Shown: positions 1 through 14,503 of the stretch, piece after piece
Layout of the letters: every line of letters begins with the position of its first letter
Numbering within the stretch: the stretch's first letter is position 1
Source of the DNA: Podarcis bocagei
Lineage: Eukaryota
NCBI GenBank assembly: GCA_964188305.1
Contig: OZ076886.1
Reading direction: 5' to 3' (one strand)
Length of the DNA: 64,000 nt
Notes under the pieces: generated by a model
What the model was told of the DNA's origin: nothing
Seen by the model: only the letters and a program-made list of their open reading frames with translations
Database searches by the model: none
Position numbers and translations under genes: made by a program

Positions 1-1974
1 ACTGCTGCTTTTTAAAGTGCACAATGCAAAACCTTTGGGGCTACAATGCAGCTCCTCCTTTTGCTCCATAACTTGGTGTGGAGGGCACAATGAAAAGCAA
101 AGGAAACTGATCTGCATCAAGATAAACCAGTTTCCAACATTATACAAACCACAATGAGGCAAATAAAATGTTGGCTGGTGGGAAAAGTAGAAGTTAATGC
201 CTGGAGTTGATCTTAGAACCTTGGGCTATGTTGCTCGAATGTTCAACACTCATATTCCCACTTCTGATATTCTGAAAATATTTGTAACCAGACCTACTAA
301 CTACCTGGACTGACCAGTGGCATCCATTTCCTTTACCCCATCCAATCCCGGGTCTTCGATTGACATCACACCACAATCTGAAGCTGCTCTCTGAAGCCTT
401 CACAGCCAACTGCAAGTGTGTTCCTGATTCTTGACCCACAGCTCTTTCTTCGTCCCTCAAATATTCTTTGATTCCCCTTGAGTAGATTATGCTAATGATG
501 TCAGCTACGCAAGACTTCTCTGATGAGTTCTAGTGGAGGATAAGGCTGAGAAGCTATAAAACTCATCAATTTTGAAACACCACATTAAACCCCCAATGTT
601 TTTACCATTGTGGCCTAAGATGGGATTAGCACACAGGTCTCCCCATACTGGTTGACTAGATTCTTTAGCCACTAAACCCAGCTGCATGCCTAAATCCTCA
701 CCGTATGCCACCCCCTATCTGGGCTGCCCTTTGATGAACACAGCCTTTGATTGTTTGCAGTAATGTAACACACCCACAGATTACTGCCGTGATCCTGATC
801 TGCCAGTTTGTTTACCTCACACTGTACTGCTTACATCTAATTCAGACACAATCAAGACTGCGAGACATCGCTTTAATCACAGCATCCCATACAAGCTTAC
901 TCTTGCCCTTGGTGGGTTTGGGATTAGCTCCTGCCATTGAGGCACATGTTCAAATAATCTACTGGGAAATAAATATGGGGTGACTCAGAATGGTCCCCTT
1001 ACAAAGTGTTGCCACAGATTTGTTTGTTTTCATATTAGCAGCAAGAAACCTGTAACAGGCCCCTGCCACTCACACATACCCTCACCCTTGAATGAATTCC
1101 ATCTCAAATTTCATTCTATTCGCTTTTGATCACCAAGGCCTGCCTGAATCGCACCTCCATCCTTCTCAGCAGACTTGATTCAATCATGAGGTCACCTGCA
1201 TTTACTCCTCATTTCAAAAAGAGAACGAGGGGGATAAAGTGGGACTCAGCAGCAGCCTGTCTGTAGCTTTTGCATGCCTTGGCCAAGCAGGTGGAGTCAA
1301 AGTTAAAAATGCAGTGCCTCTACTGGGGGCATGCAGTGTAACTGAATCTTCTGCGACTATCAAAAGGCTCCAAGAATTATGGCAGAACCAGCCAGCGCAG
1401 TTTGCATCGACAGAAGCAGCCCTTCATTCCCAAAGCCTCCCCATTCCTCCCCCTGTTTCACTGCTGCCTGCACCTCCACTTCACTTGTGATTTATGGGAG
1501 ATTTTCCTCCCAATCTGGAAGTCTCCACAGCTTTAGTCACATGTGCTGGTCGTTACCATAGGAACCACAGAGGTCAAGCCACGAAGGAACAGTAAAAGGT
1601 GACTTACCCTGTCATCGCACTTGTGTAAGAACACGTATAAGAAGAAGTGGTGGGAGCTGTGGGAGCCGTCCTTGCTAACACACTAACATCCGAGCCAATC
1701 TCAGCCATGCTGCATCAGACGAGGCAAGACGAAGAGGCGTGCAACACTTCTGCTCTGACAGGGAACCCACTCAGCCAAGATGGGAATTGCAAGTAGCAAG
1801 AACTCTTATCCTCAGTGCAGTGTCCAGAGGGAATCGACACAGAGTTGACCCCATTAAAGCCAAAGATTTTCACCCAAATATAGGCAACAAAGCAAGGAAA
1901 CAGTTACAAAGTCAAAGAGCAACCCAGACCCCAAAGTCAAAGAGCTTTCCCTTACCTCTTGTTCTGCAATGCTT

Positions 1975-2547
1975 CCTATGGCCTAGGACCCTCATACCTA
2001 CGGGACCACCTCTCCTGGTATGCCCCACGGAGGACCTTACGGTCCGCAAATATCTTGGAGGTCCCGGGCCTCAAGGAGATTAGAATGGCCTCGACCAGGG
2101 GCAAGGCCTTTTCAGCGGTGGCCCTGGCCTGGTGGAATGCTCTGTCACAAGAGACCAGGGCCCTGCGGGTTCTGACATCTTTCCGCAGGGCCTGCAAGAC
2201 AGAGCTGTTCTGCCAGGCCTTTGGCCGGGGTCCAGTCTGACTCCCCCTCTCTCCTTATAAGAACTTGCCTGAAAGTAGCCCCCCAACTTTTCTCACAGGC
2301 TCATATAAGATCAGTATAAACAGTTAGGCCTGGTGAGCATTTAAGGTCCCCATCCCTAATTTGTGAGTTGCTACCTGATTAGATTTCACTTTGATTCTGA
2401 TTTGATTTTAGGATGTATTTTAATTGATTGCTTGATTTTATGGCAATATGTTATATATTTGATGTTAGCCGCTCTGAGCCTGCTTTTGGCTGGGGAGGGT
2501 GGGGTATAAATAAAATTTATTAGTAGTAGTATTATTGGTATTATTAC
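1975..2547 (+). mobile_element. L2-clade LINE 3' fragment (ORF2 C-terminus + 3' UTR + tail)
   Basis: Encodes GLGPSYLRDHL...KAFSAVALAWWNALSQETR...FRRACKTELFCQAF, a typical L2 ORF2 end. Ends in gttagccgctctgagcc...ggggtataaataaa followed by a TAG/TAT tail. Confidence 0.85.
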
Positions 2548-3448
2548 CACTGTCTTAATATGCACAGCTTCAAAACTCCTGCTAGCTTTTTAAGAATCAA
2601 CACTCCCTTAGAGGAGAAATGATCTTTGCAGCTTCTGTAGCCAGGACTGCAGCACCTTTGCTTTTCTCCATAACTGACAATGAACCAGGCTGTTATGTCC
2701 TTCTTTGATTCTTTGCAATACTTTGCTGTCCAAAATTTTAAAAAAGCAACTGCTGTCCTTCACCCAAGGAACAATCCTCCATAGGTCTATTGACTTGGGA
2801 TAGGAGAAAGAGTTAACCACACACATATACATCATTAAAATGTAAAGTTGCCTGCACAGGAAGGGAGATCAGAATGAGACAGAGAACAGGCAATATTCCA
2901 CTAGCACCATTAATCTGTGTTAGCCAGGGACAAAGGCTTGCCTTGGATACCGGAACAGCCTCCTTCCACACCAGCACAATCTATAGACCCCCCTCTGTCT
3001 CTAGAAAAGACACCTCCATTATTCACCTTGTGGTGCTGTCTCACACTCCTCCTCTCCACTCTCCCCCTCCAGTGGGGGACAATGTAGAAGTAATTCTGCC
3101 AACAGAAAGGCTCAAATTAATTAGCGCTCCAGCTTCTAAATGGACACAATGATCCCCGACAGGAGGACCCTCTCAAGAATTTTAGCCTCCCATCTCATTT
3201 CCATCTCAATGGTAAAGCTTTTCATCACTGCCACCCCAACCCCTTTCCCTGCAGGGGTCCCCGGAGCCAGGTCACTTGCAGAGGATCTACGCTCCTCTCT
3301 TTTTATGCAAAGAAGCTTGGGTCAAAGGCGAGGAATGCGGGTCAGGGGAACTGGAGGATGGAGAGAAACCATTTGACAGCTTTTTAACTATGGAACAGAG
3401 GTTGGTCCCTTAGAAGCACACATGGGCTGTACATAGTACCTTTTATCG

Positions 3449-3660
3449 AGGGCCTTCTCGGTAGTGGCGCCTGCCCTGTGGAACGCCCTCCCAGCAGATG
3501 TCAAAGCAATAAACAACTATTTTACTTTTAAAAGACAACTGAAGGCAGCCCTCTTTAGGGAAGTTTTTAATGTCTGATGCTGTACTGTTTTTAATATTCA
3601 GTTGGAAGCCGCCCAGAGTGGCTGGGGAAACCCAGCCAGATGGGCGGGGTATAAATAATA

Positions 3661-3725
<65 letters not shown>
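3449..3725 (+). mobile_element. L2-clade LINE 3' end (second subfamily) with (TAT)n tail
   Basis: RAFSVVAPALWNALPADVK...FKRQLKAALFREVF, then gccgcccagagtggctggggaaacccagccagatgggcggggtataaat and about 20 TAT units. Confidence 0.85.
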
Positions 3726-6700
3726 TCCTTCCACATCTCCTGCTCCTGTGCTGTGAAAGTATGTCCCAAAACACCCTGGTGCAAAGTGAAACCACAACCT
3801 ATAACAATCATTGCCTGCTGAGGAAGTGGAGGCAAGAATGAAACTTTATGTGCATCCCGTGTTTAGAAGTGTCATGTTTTGCTGAGACTGGTAACACTGC
3901 TATCAGGGCAACTGCGTTTGGTCCTATCTGGCAGACTAAGGACTTGGAGGTTCGGATATGCCCATATCTTATGGGGCACTAAGACACAACGCAGCAGGAG
4001 AACAATTCCTAATAAACCAAGCTTGCCTGTGATTTATAGATCTGCCTCTGACCAGAAAGAATCAGGCTGTGTCAGGCTTGCACACTTTATCCCAAGCCTC
4101 ACTATGAAAATATAGAAAGAAAGAGACAAACTCATCCCTGTTTACTTTCCAGAAAACGACGTCAGTCTCTGAGGAGTCACATCATTCGTTCATGTCAAGC
4201 TTGTTGTCTATTATCAGCTCATTATTTCTTTGGCTTTTAGCATTATTTAGTCCCCTCCACTCTTTCCAGTCATATTAATGGGAGGGAGAAGCACCCGCAG
4301 GCTTTGAATGTTTGAGCTGTCTTGACTACACTGCTGGGAGACCCTGATAAATGCAACATTTCCTAATTGACACCAGTGTTTAGGTGTCTGTGCAAAGCCT
4401 GCTACTCTGAGTTGCCTTTTGCTTCCATCCATCTAATCCAGCAGCAAGTGCTGGCTGATGAACAGAGGTTATGCACGGCTCCTTATCCAGTCACTGAGGA
4501 ACAGAAGCCATGGCGATGTGCAAGCTCAGCACTTTCAAGGGGCAGGGGAGCGAGTATGTCAGGGTCTGCTGTTGCCTCTTGTACTGTGCATAAAGCTGGC
4601 TGGAAGACAGAAGCAGGGGGCTGTTTTCCTCATTTCTTTTATCTTTCTACACTGTTCCAAATATAGAACAGATTCAACGAAATAAAAGTTATTGCCCATG
4701 CATCACAGGTGACCTAAGGAAAGGAAAAGACTATAGTAATGCAGTAGCTCTGGTACTTGGTCAATGAACACGCACACCAGTCCAAGTCACAAGTGCAAAC
4801 AGCAATTCCAGAGGTCTGGGGTGGATGAGGAGCTGCACATGGTTTGATGACACCTGTGTTCTCTTAAGCAGGACCTGATCAATTATTGGATGGAATAGCG
4901 AATCAGAATCCCATGGATAATGCTTTTAGTTCCTTGGAGGGGGGGAGGCCAGGAGACATGACAAAATACAGACAATCCTCATTTTGCACAGGGGTTCCAT
5001 TCTGGACCCCTGCACATGTCAGCGGAACATGCATAAGCCCACCCTGTTTGACCTCTTTCCGTGAAGGCTTTATGACATTCTGGGGCTAATTCTGGGTTCG
5101 GTACCATGCACACATGCTCAGTCACACGTCATTCGGATGCGCCAAATCAGTCGTTGCTTGTAATCAAAGACTACCACTTTCCATGTAACTTTTCTGCAAC
5201 ATAGATATGCTCTCACACATCAATTCCATGTCTAAATTCTCTTTTGGGGTGGGCACAAAGATTAAGAATTATCAAACATGAGAAATATGCAAGCACAGCC
5301 AGGCTATTTCTGACACCTCAGCATATCTGTGTCTTCATTCCAGGTAGAAACACCATTAAAATATAATATGATCGTTCTCAATAATATTATGTTTTAAGCA
5401 GGGGGGTTTTCTGGGGGTACTCAAGGGTACGCATTACTGGCACCTTTTCCCCCTAAAAGAAAAGCACTGGTTAAGACTACTTTAGAAAGAAGTGCCCTGT
5501 TAGTTCAACCTAACACAAAACGCAACCCTAAGATGGGTCAGAAGAACATCACAGTAAGACATTAGCAATAGAAACCTCTGTCCTGAGTTGGCACACACAG
5601 CTGCCTCCGGCCAGTCGGCCAGCCTGGAGACTCTGGGCAGACTTCACAGGAGAGGAAGAGCCTCCAATCCGGTTTGTAAAAGGGTCTCATTGAGCTCACT
5701 TGCGGAAGGGCACTTGGCTGCTGTCAAACCCACCCCACTCCCACCAGCCCTAAACCTGTCCTTTCTCTCTGAGGCCAATGGTTAATGATAGATTTGTAAT
5801 TGTTTCCTGCAACAATGGAACATCCTGTTTGGAACTGGCCGGCTCCACAAAGCCAGATGCTGACAAAAGAGCACACAAGCTCCCAGCCAGTGGATGCAGG
5901 AAAGGATATTTGCCTTCCCCCACATACTGCTCTTACTGCAGCCAGACCAAGCTCCTCTCTCTCTCTCTCTCCTGTCTCCCACTCCCCAACTTAACACAAC
6001 AGAGCTACCAGCCTCTACCTTTATTAAAAGGGCTTGCACTTAAAGGGCTCCCAGGGGGTTTGGGGAGTAGCTGAGAAGTATTTGATGGATTCGCTTTGGC
6101 AACACTTGGCTACCTTGTCATGCCATTAACGTTATTGCTATTGAATGGAGGAAATGAGTAAGAGATACAGAGCCGAACAGGCAAATGCATGGGGCCTGAA
6201 GATACAGGACACCCTCGGAGGGAGCTACCTGCGTTCAGAAATAAGAAAACAGGGGTGCCTAGAGGGACTGCAGAGAGAATGGGAGAGCTAGGGGAGGAGA
6301 GAAACCCGATAAAAAGAGACAGAAAGAAGCCCAGGAATGAGAACAAAAGGCCCTTGTGCAGCACAAGACAGCTGGCTTAGCAATCTCCTTGTTTGGTGGG
6401 TCCAGCTCTCCTTTGCTGGCTACAGCAACTAAGCCCTGGGGCTCTAGTGGGAGGCTCTCTCCACATGACAAGCATATGACATTCCAGACTGAGAGCAGGG
6501 CAGGTCAGCCCAGCACCCTGAAGCCAAAGGCTCAGCACGGAAGCAGGGATGGGGCCAGCTGTTAACTGGTTTTAAATGCATCTGAGGAAGCAGGACCATA
6601 GTTCACAAATGCTTACACCGCAACAAATTTATTAGTCTTTATAAGGTTGCTTTTGCTGCTTTTGCTCCTAAAGCAGTTCCCTAGGATGCAAAAAGAGGAA

Positions 6701-7680
6701 AGAATCCTATTCCCCAAAATGCAACTCCCAAGTGAGAGGGCAGGAACAGCACAGGCAGGTGGGTAAAAGGCATCAAGTTCACACAGAGTCTGCTAAAAGG
6801 GAGGGTGAGCGCCCCTCTCCACACTGTGAGGCCAAGGAAAGGAGGCTCAATGTTTATTAAGTAGTTATCCAAAGGCATTACTTAGGAAAATGTTGCAAGA
6901 GGAGCAACTCGGCTAGCATTTGCAAGGGGAAGCCATGGCTGAGATCCAACTCTGCCGCTGTACTGGTTTGTCTCTCAAAATTTCAAGGAAAATGCACTTC
7001 TAGTGCATTCTGAGAATATTAAGTTGTTTTTAGTACATTTTAAGTCTAGGAATCTGTGTGGCTGCAATCATAGTACAATTAATAGAATTTGTTTTTCTTA
7101 CATAGATTCTAGCAGGATTGCTTCACAAGCCTGATTATTTCTGCCTCCCTTTAGAAGAAGAGGGGGAGCACCCAGCCCTTACGATTGTGAATTTAAAAAA
7201 AGTAAAAATCTGAACACATTATGGCAGTTTCTTGTCATTCCGTCAGAAATTAGAAGCAGGGTTTATAATGGAAAGGGAGTGCATCTTCATGAAGGTGATG
7301 GATGGATGGCGAAAGACTGTGAGATGCAGGAAGGGGAGATCTCCCAGGGTGGGAGAAAAAAAGAGAAGCTCCCAGGTGAGAGCTGGGAGGGTCAACCCAC
7401 TTCTGTGTGAAACAAGGTTGAAGATCTACCTTTGAAAGAGGGCTTTGTATTTCCCCCCTCCCTTTCTCTTTTCCTTTTCCCATTTTATTTTTATTTAGAT
7501 AAGTTTGTTTTTTATTGTATTGTATGATGTGAAGTTTGAATTAAAAATATGGCAAAAATTGAAAGGGAGTGCAACTTAATCCCACAAAACACTTTAGGGC
7601 TGCCCATGTGGTGCCTGTGGATGTGGTGGTGGCTTTGAGGACTTCCCCTTGTACCCACAAAGCTTCTGAGCTCCTCCACT

Positions 7681-7681
<1 letters not shown>

Positions 7682-7712
<31 letters not shown>
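7682..7712. repeat. (CA)n microsatellite
   Basis: Direct reading. Confidence 0.95.
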
Positions 7713-7715
<3 letters not shown>

Positions 7716-9612
7716 CCTCTTGGTCATGAGGTGCTGAGGGTGGTTTCCTTTTCCTCCTTTGAAAAGTACAGAGAATTGAAAGAGGAAGTTGAGAGGACTG
7801 GTATTCTATCCCACTTCCCCTTAGGTATTGTGTGCTTTTCAAGATTCAGATATATTCAATTTAGGGGGGAGGGAGTGTGTTCATGCCATGCACATTCTCA
7901 GTTTCTGTATCTTGGAGGGGGGCGGATCTGGAGGATGGGGGAGAACACTGACCAGACAGGGTGGTACCCACAGTACCCACTCAAAAATCCAAATGTGCCC
8001 GCAGGCCTCAAAAAGGTTGGCAACCCAGGGAAAACTATGTAATATTACCTCTGCCATTGTGCAATCTGCTGCTTTCACTTTTCCCCACTATTTTTATCCA
8101 AATTCCTCGCAGCACATTCACAATTTCACAAATAATACTGCACAAATATATTTCTACGGCTTCATTCACTCTCAGTGCAGAACGTCCATTTATTGATTGC
8201 AGAACCTAGTTTCTTTCTTTTAAAACTATCTACACTTTAAAAAGAAGTACCAAGACATACGCACGCACAGCTACATCACAGACACACCAGTCAATCCTGT
8301 CAACAGGGCTACAGGCAGTAAATGGGATTACAGACAAGAGCAAAGAGCTTGGAGTGTCACGAGCTCACTGTGACTGATTGAGAGACATCACAGGGGTTGG
8401 GAAGGGCAGGCTGCAAGGGTGGGAGTGACAGGAAGCCAAGGTCGAAAAGCCTTTGGAAAGCTGTGAATTAAAGAGAGGCTGAAGGGTTTAGAACAGTGTG
8501 ACCTAAGAAGGAATAACAGACAGAACTGGTGCAAACTGTGTCCGGGGCAGCACCATCTGACAGTTGAGAAGGAAAAGTGACGCAAGAGAGAAATGGCCTT
8601 TTTCCTGCTGGTGGACTGTGCCTTATAATGTTGTTGATAAACCCGGCACCTTTTTATGAAAATGGTTTAACAGCCATGCTGTGCCTCACAAGGCACAGCA
8701 AAGCACAGTCACATGAGAAGCAACGACCTTACAAGACCAACATGATCTCACACGCTTAGTCAAAGCAGAGAAATTTGCAGCCAGAAGCTCTTTAAGCTGC
8801 CTCGCCTCTAAGCACTGAGGTACGAAAGCCCGAGCAACCATTGCCAGGGCAGGCTGGATAACACAAGCAGGAAGTCGCAAGCCACAGTTGTTGCCGCTTC
8901 TTCCCAGAATTATCCCAGAGCTTCTGGCCCCAGTTTCTGCCAGGTGTCAACCAGGTAGAAAGTACAGGAGATGCATTCTCAAGTTTAATTGATAGGAATT
9001 CTTCCTAAACTCTGCATTTGAATGCGTCTGAAACTGAGAAAGAACACTAAGGTAACACCTTGCACTCGAAATCTTGCAATTCTTCAGACCAGCCAGACTC
9101 TTTGGGGAAATTGTTTCTTTCAGGGAACTGTAACGTACTGGGCTGTACAATACGCTGGTTGCTGAAGAGATCTATCCCAACTTCTCTCACTTTCAAAGTC
9201 CACTGTTTCATTGCTCCTGGGATGTGTTTAAATGATCACTGAGGCCTCGTCTACACATGACAAATCGCCTCCCTAGGATTTCCTTGAGAATACCAAGGTT
9301 ATCTTGAGGTAACAAATTACTCCCATTCATTTTGATGTGATTTTGGTTTTCTTCTCTTTAAAGTGCACTGAACTGCAGTTGATTGTACCCCATCTTCCTC
9401 CCAAATCTGAGCGACATTTTATTATTCCATGGCTTAACTGTATACCATGGAACTTGGCATAGACAGCATTTCTGAAGACAGTTACTCAGGCAAAATTAGT
9501 TCTCTTTTTAAAAAAACAACACCACCTTGTGAAAAACTGGTGATATGTTTTAGAGTAGACCCATTGAAATTAATGGACCTAACTTAGTCATGTTCATTAA
9601 TTTAGAGGATCA

Positions 9613-9790
9613 AACTAGAACCTGGGAGAACAGGGTTCAAATCCGCACTCGGCCATGAAGTCCATTGTGTGACCTTGGACCAATCACTGCTTCTTAGCCT
9701 AATTTACCTCACAAGATCACTGTGGGGATTAAATGAGGAGGGAGAGAACCTTGTATGCCACCATAAGAAAATAGTAGGCTATAAATACAT
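9613..9790 (+). mobile_element. tRNA-derived MIR-like squamate SINE, inserted in a palindromic MITE
   Basis: gggttcaaatcc B box; gtgaccttgg...cctaatttacctcaca core; ataaat end. Confidence 0.7.
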
Positions 9791-12700
9791 AAAGAAATGG
9801 GCCTACTCTGAGTAAAACAGTTGAATATCACCCAGAGAAGCAATGTAAAGCATGGTACTCTGTAGACACTGGTTAAAACTAGGCCTCAGGTCATCATAGA
9901 CATGGGGAGACAAGGCTATTAATTCTTAAACTCTAGCTCACCAGCAGAAGTGATGAACAGAGCATAGCCAGGGCAGGATAACCTACTTAACACAGAGAGG
10001 TTGTTTATTTTATTGTTGTTATTCCTATTAAAGAAGATGAGCCAACAAAAACAGAAATGAGGCCAGATCAGCTGTAGCTTCCATGGGAGAGAATAAACAA
10101 GCTGAAGAGTGCGTGAACTCTAGTGGAGGGGTGCAGATTCTGGAGACCTCCCTAATGCCTTAGCACCAGGAGCCATCTGGTTTGAGAAACAAACTGGGTT
10201 AGGGGAATTATATTGGAGACTGGACAGACAAAAGCAGACAAGAAAACATTCCCCCAAATTCCAGGGTCAATGTCTCTTCCTGACACCAGGAAGAAAAGAT
10301 GCATGTATCCTGCCAAAATCAGAACTGATTCAGCCTTGGAATCCATTTTAAACACTTTAATTTAGCTTTATTTATTCATTACCAACAAAACAACAGAACA
10401 GTACAGAGCCAAGAGAAAGATATTTGAAATTCAGCAAGGAAGGGGAAAGGTGGCCTTTAATAGAAGGGAAAAAACAGAAAGACAGTCAAACAGCACAAAA
10501 ACATATTGCATCTGAGCTAGAAACCAAACCCCTCCCTCCCACCCCCTAAAGAAAGGAAAATGAATCCTTGACTGGAAGTTTCTGTTAGAACAGAAACAGA
10601 ATAAAAATAAATTCCAGTTACTGGTTCAGAAACAAGATTTTAAAACCACAACTGAAGGTATTATTCTCATGGTCCAACAAGCACAGAGGGAAAACCAGAG
10701 CACATGAAACTGGCAGGATTTTTTTCTTTCTTATTTTATCCTATTGCATAAAACAAGAAACACAAATTCTTTTAACACACTAACAGAACAATCTGTGCCC
10801 CATCCTCACTACACTGGGATGCATGTGTGTGTTGAATGGTGGAAGTGCCCCTCCACCCAGCTCTCCTAGCTCAGGTAGCTTTCCATCAACCAACAAACAT
10901 GAGTGCAGGGCAGAGAGGCCTGCTGGTGAGATCCTTCAAATGTTCCAAAATAGGACATTCCTAGAGCAGGGAGGTAGTTGGAACGAGTTAATCTGGGATC
11001 CACTGAATCCCAAGCCAGTCTCACTGTCATCACCTGACAGCATTGGGCCCGGTTGTCCTGCTCCACCCACCACTTTGAGCTGCAGCTAAGAGTACCAGGG
11101 CTGCAGATGTGAGCCGAGCCCTGCTGCCCAGCAAAGCTCCACGAACAGGAAGGGGTAAGTTTAGAGTGCATCCTAAGAATGTAAACAGATGGGGGTGGGC
11201 TGTCTGTGCTTCAGCCACGATGTAGATTCTACCCAAACTTCGTAGCTGTTCAAGTTGTTGCCGAAATGTTTTCGTTCTACATGTCCTACTTCATCTCACT
11301 ATTCCCACTATGCTTCTATCCTTAGTGCCCCATGTTAGAGAGGCAGACTTTCACTTGAAAGAGTCCTCCACCTGTCCAAGTCCAGTTATAAGGTAAGAAA
11401 AGCTTAAGGAGGGTGAACGGGGCCTTGAAGAGCGCCACAAATGTCAATGACTTCAACGATAAGGCAGGAAACCACCTATTCCCTTGGACGTACCAAAGCA
11501 TTAAAGGGGAAGGAACACGGCCTAGATTACACTGTCTGTGGCGCAACCAAGAATAGAACCTGATCTCATGACTCTGAGCCCTCTGCTTCAACAAGTCCAT
11601 TCTTTGTCTTCTCGGGGTGTGGGGGTGGGAACTATATAAAGCACCCAGTCTCTAAAGTAAGGAAGTAATCCTCATGAACTGAAAGAAATAACTAAAAGAC
11701 TTACACTGGCAAAATCCCCTACATCTCATGTCTTCTTGTTGGAGGGTGTGTGTATAGAGTTTCTCACACAAAAACAAGCATACCATTGTCCAGGGTTTAT
11801 ACCCAAGGCAGACTAATCAGGTGGCCATTTTCAAGCAATCCAGCTGACCAACAGAGGAAGCAATAATGACCACACAAAAAGAAAGCCATGCAGATTTATT
11901 GGTTGGATGAGACTGATGCAAAACAATGATCCAGTGATGACTAGGGAAAGGGTGGCAAGTAACACCAGACAGATATTCCCAAACTTCCCAAGTTGCTAAA
12001 AATATACCCTCCATTGGGAGTCTTATGTAGGGGAAGGGGCACAAAGATAAACTCAAGGAGAACAGAGGAGGAAAAGGAATGTGCAAAAGTAAGGGATCTC
12101 TTAACTATGGTTAAATACACACCAAGCCTTAGGTTTAGATTAGGATAGCAGAGAAATTCCAAGGACAGTTATTCTTTTCCCCCTAAGGCCAAATCTTTCA
12201 AAAGCAGCTCGTGCTCTGTGGTGACCAACCAAAGAAAGCTCATGTTTACAGAAAGTAACTGACTATATACATAAATAAGATAAGATGTCTTATGTAAAAG
12301 TCATCTATGCTGACTGGCAATTTCTGCTTCAGTTGAGAGTTTTCATGGGAGATATGTCAATGAAGTTAATAAACTATTAGACTGGAAATAATACAAAAGA
12401 TTCTGTCACAGAGCAGGAGGTACCTTGACAAAAACAACTATCAAGTTATTCCTCATAGACTTTGATGATGAACATCCTAATCTTTCAACGCAACAATCAG
12501 CATATTTTCAATTCCTCATAAACTGTTCAGATCAGTTTGTTGATAAAGTATAATGAAATAGTAAACCACTACATTCCAATCATGAAATAAACATGAATCC
12601 TCTACTAAGACTAATATTTGGCCAACATCTCTGAGAAAGAAGTCCCTAAATATAATAACCCTTAAGATATCCCCTACAGATCCCTCTGGAATTTACCTGC

Positions 12701-14503
12701 CTTATTTATGGCATCCCCACTCTCTTATCTCTAAAGAGATTCCCTGCCAGGCCTAATCCTAATCTCATTGGCCCCAACCTTATCTCATTTACAGAGAAAC
12801 TCTCCTGGCTAGAACTGAGTCTGGCTCTAAAAGGCTCTCATTTCTTCTAATAGAGCCTAGATAACTTGTGTAAACAACCTTGAGAAAGACAAATAAAAAC
12901 TCCAACAGAACTTGGTGTTCAGATAATCTCCTTCCAAGAGGTTCACAGTGTTTAATCTCTCCTCTTCCCCCATCACTCCAACCAGGGTGACAGAAAATCT
13001 GTAAATGCCCAAGTGCCTGAGGCAATAGGCTCAAAAGGTCTCATTTCTCCCTCATCAATATTTAAGGGACTTCTGTCTTTCTTGGGACCATTGTAGGTTT
13101 AATAACAGATGGTGGCTGTCTGAATAAGCGGGTTGCTCTTTTCAAAAACAGGGAGGAACCAAGAACTGGGACAATACACAAGGCCATACAGCAAGCTACA
13201 GAGAACTCCTATCTCAAGCTATGCTCTAAGTATTCATAATTAGTACTTATTTCTTCCCTTGCAATGCCAATCTAATCTAAACTGAACACAGCATTGGTGG
13301 ATATCTAGAGTGATCCAATTAAATAATTATAATCAAATAATTGCGAAGAAGAGGAGATTTTGGCAAAACCAAGGGGGTAGAAAAGCTGCACTATCTTCCA
13401 CAGGAAATCACAAAGAACAACAAAGAGTTGGTGTGGAGAAAAACAGCAATACAGTATGTAATTCTCTGTTTGAATTGTGGTCTGTTTGACCACAAGTCAA
13501 ACAACGCAGGCAAGGGAGTACAAAGAGGATGTGGCTTCTATGTGGCAATCCTAGCATATGAAAAAGTCATCTTCACATTTAGTCACCTTTGCAAATCCAA
13601 AGATCACTGCATTTGTGCACAACAATCCCATGACAACAGAAATGTAATGACTGGGACTGGGGGAAGGCCAGCAGGGAATCTCTTCTATAACACCACAGAG
13701 GTGAAAGAATTCCAAAATAACAAAATATCTAGTGATTAAAAAGTTATCAGTTCCTGCTATGATACTGCAGTTTTGTTTAGGTCTGTATAGCAGTAAATTA
13801 ATGAGAAACCCACCAATCAGGGAGAGGAACTATAACTTCCTACAGTGCAGCGGCCCCATTGAATTTCCATTTTAGCCATGTAACAAATGCACATTTATTT
13901 GTTTTTAGCTAAGTTGCACCCACCCACCCCTTCCTCTTTTACCTCTGACTGAACATGAGTTCTCCCCTTGTCTCTCTGTCAGGAAAGCAACAGAGATCAG
14001 AAAGGCAGTAGTGCTTTCCTGGGCAGCCAGTGTTGATATTCTCCCTCTTTTGACAGCAAGAGAACATATGCACAAATGCAGCAGCCACAGCTCCCAGCTA
14101 TATTCCCCCAGGAGCAGTGGCTGCTGTGGCTTTGTTCACTTTCACTTTCTGGGAGAGAGGGGGATGAGGACTCCCATACAATAATAATGGGCACCTAAAG
14201 GCAGTTTCTACTTGCCATAGGCATCCATGAACACCTAATTACAAGGCTGAAGTGGAGCATCGCAATTCCACTTCTCAATCTCTCTCTCCCTTTGTGCCAG
14301 AAGCCTGTTTTCTGCATTTGGGTAAGCTAGAACTTCTATACAGACAGACAGACAGACATTTGCTCTGAGGAGTTAAGTCAACTCAGAGCACACCCACTGA
14401 AATGACCAGACATGGCTAACATGGAGTCATTCATTTTAATGGGTCTACTCTGAGTAGAACTTAGTTGGCCACAATCCAGGAGTTGTTTTTTTAGTGTGTA
14501 GAT

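Noticed and set aside
3443-3835. Poly-Asn/Leu/Ile ORFs (also at 43122 and 61826)
   Set aside because: Translations of (TAT)n microsatellites.
11900-13750. Possible ancient LINE relic, including a 132-aa ORF at 13341
   Set aside because: Composition is suggestive but I found no recognisable endonuclease/RT motif; needs RepeatMasker or tBLASTx.
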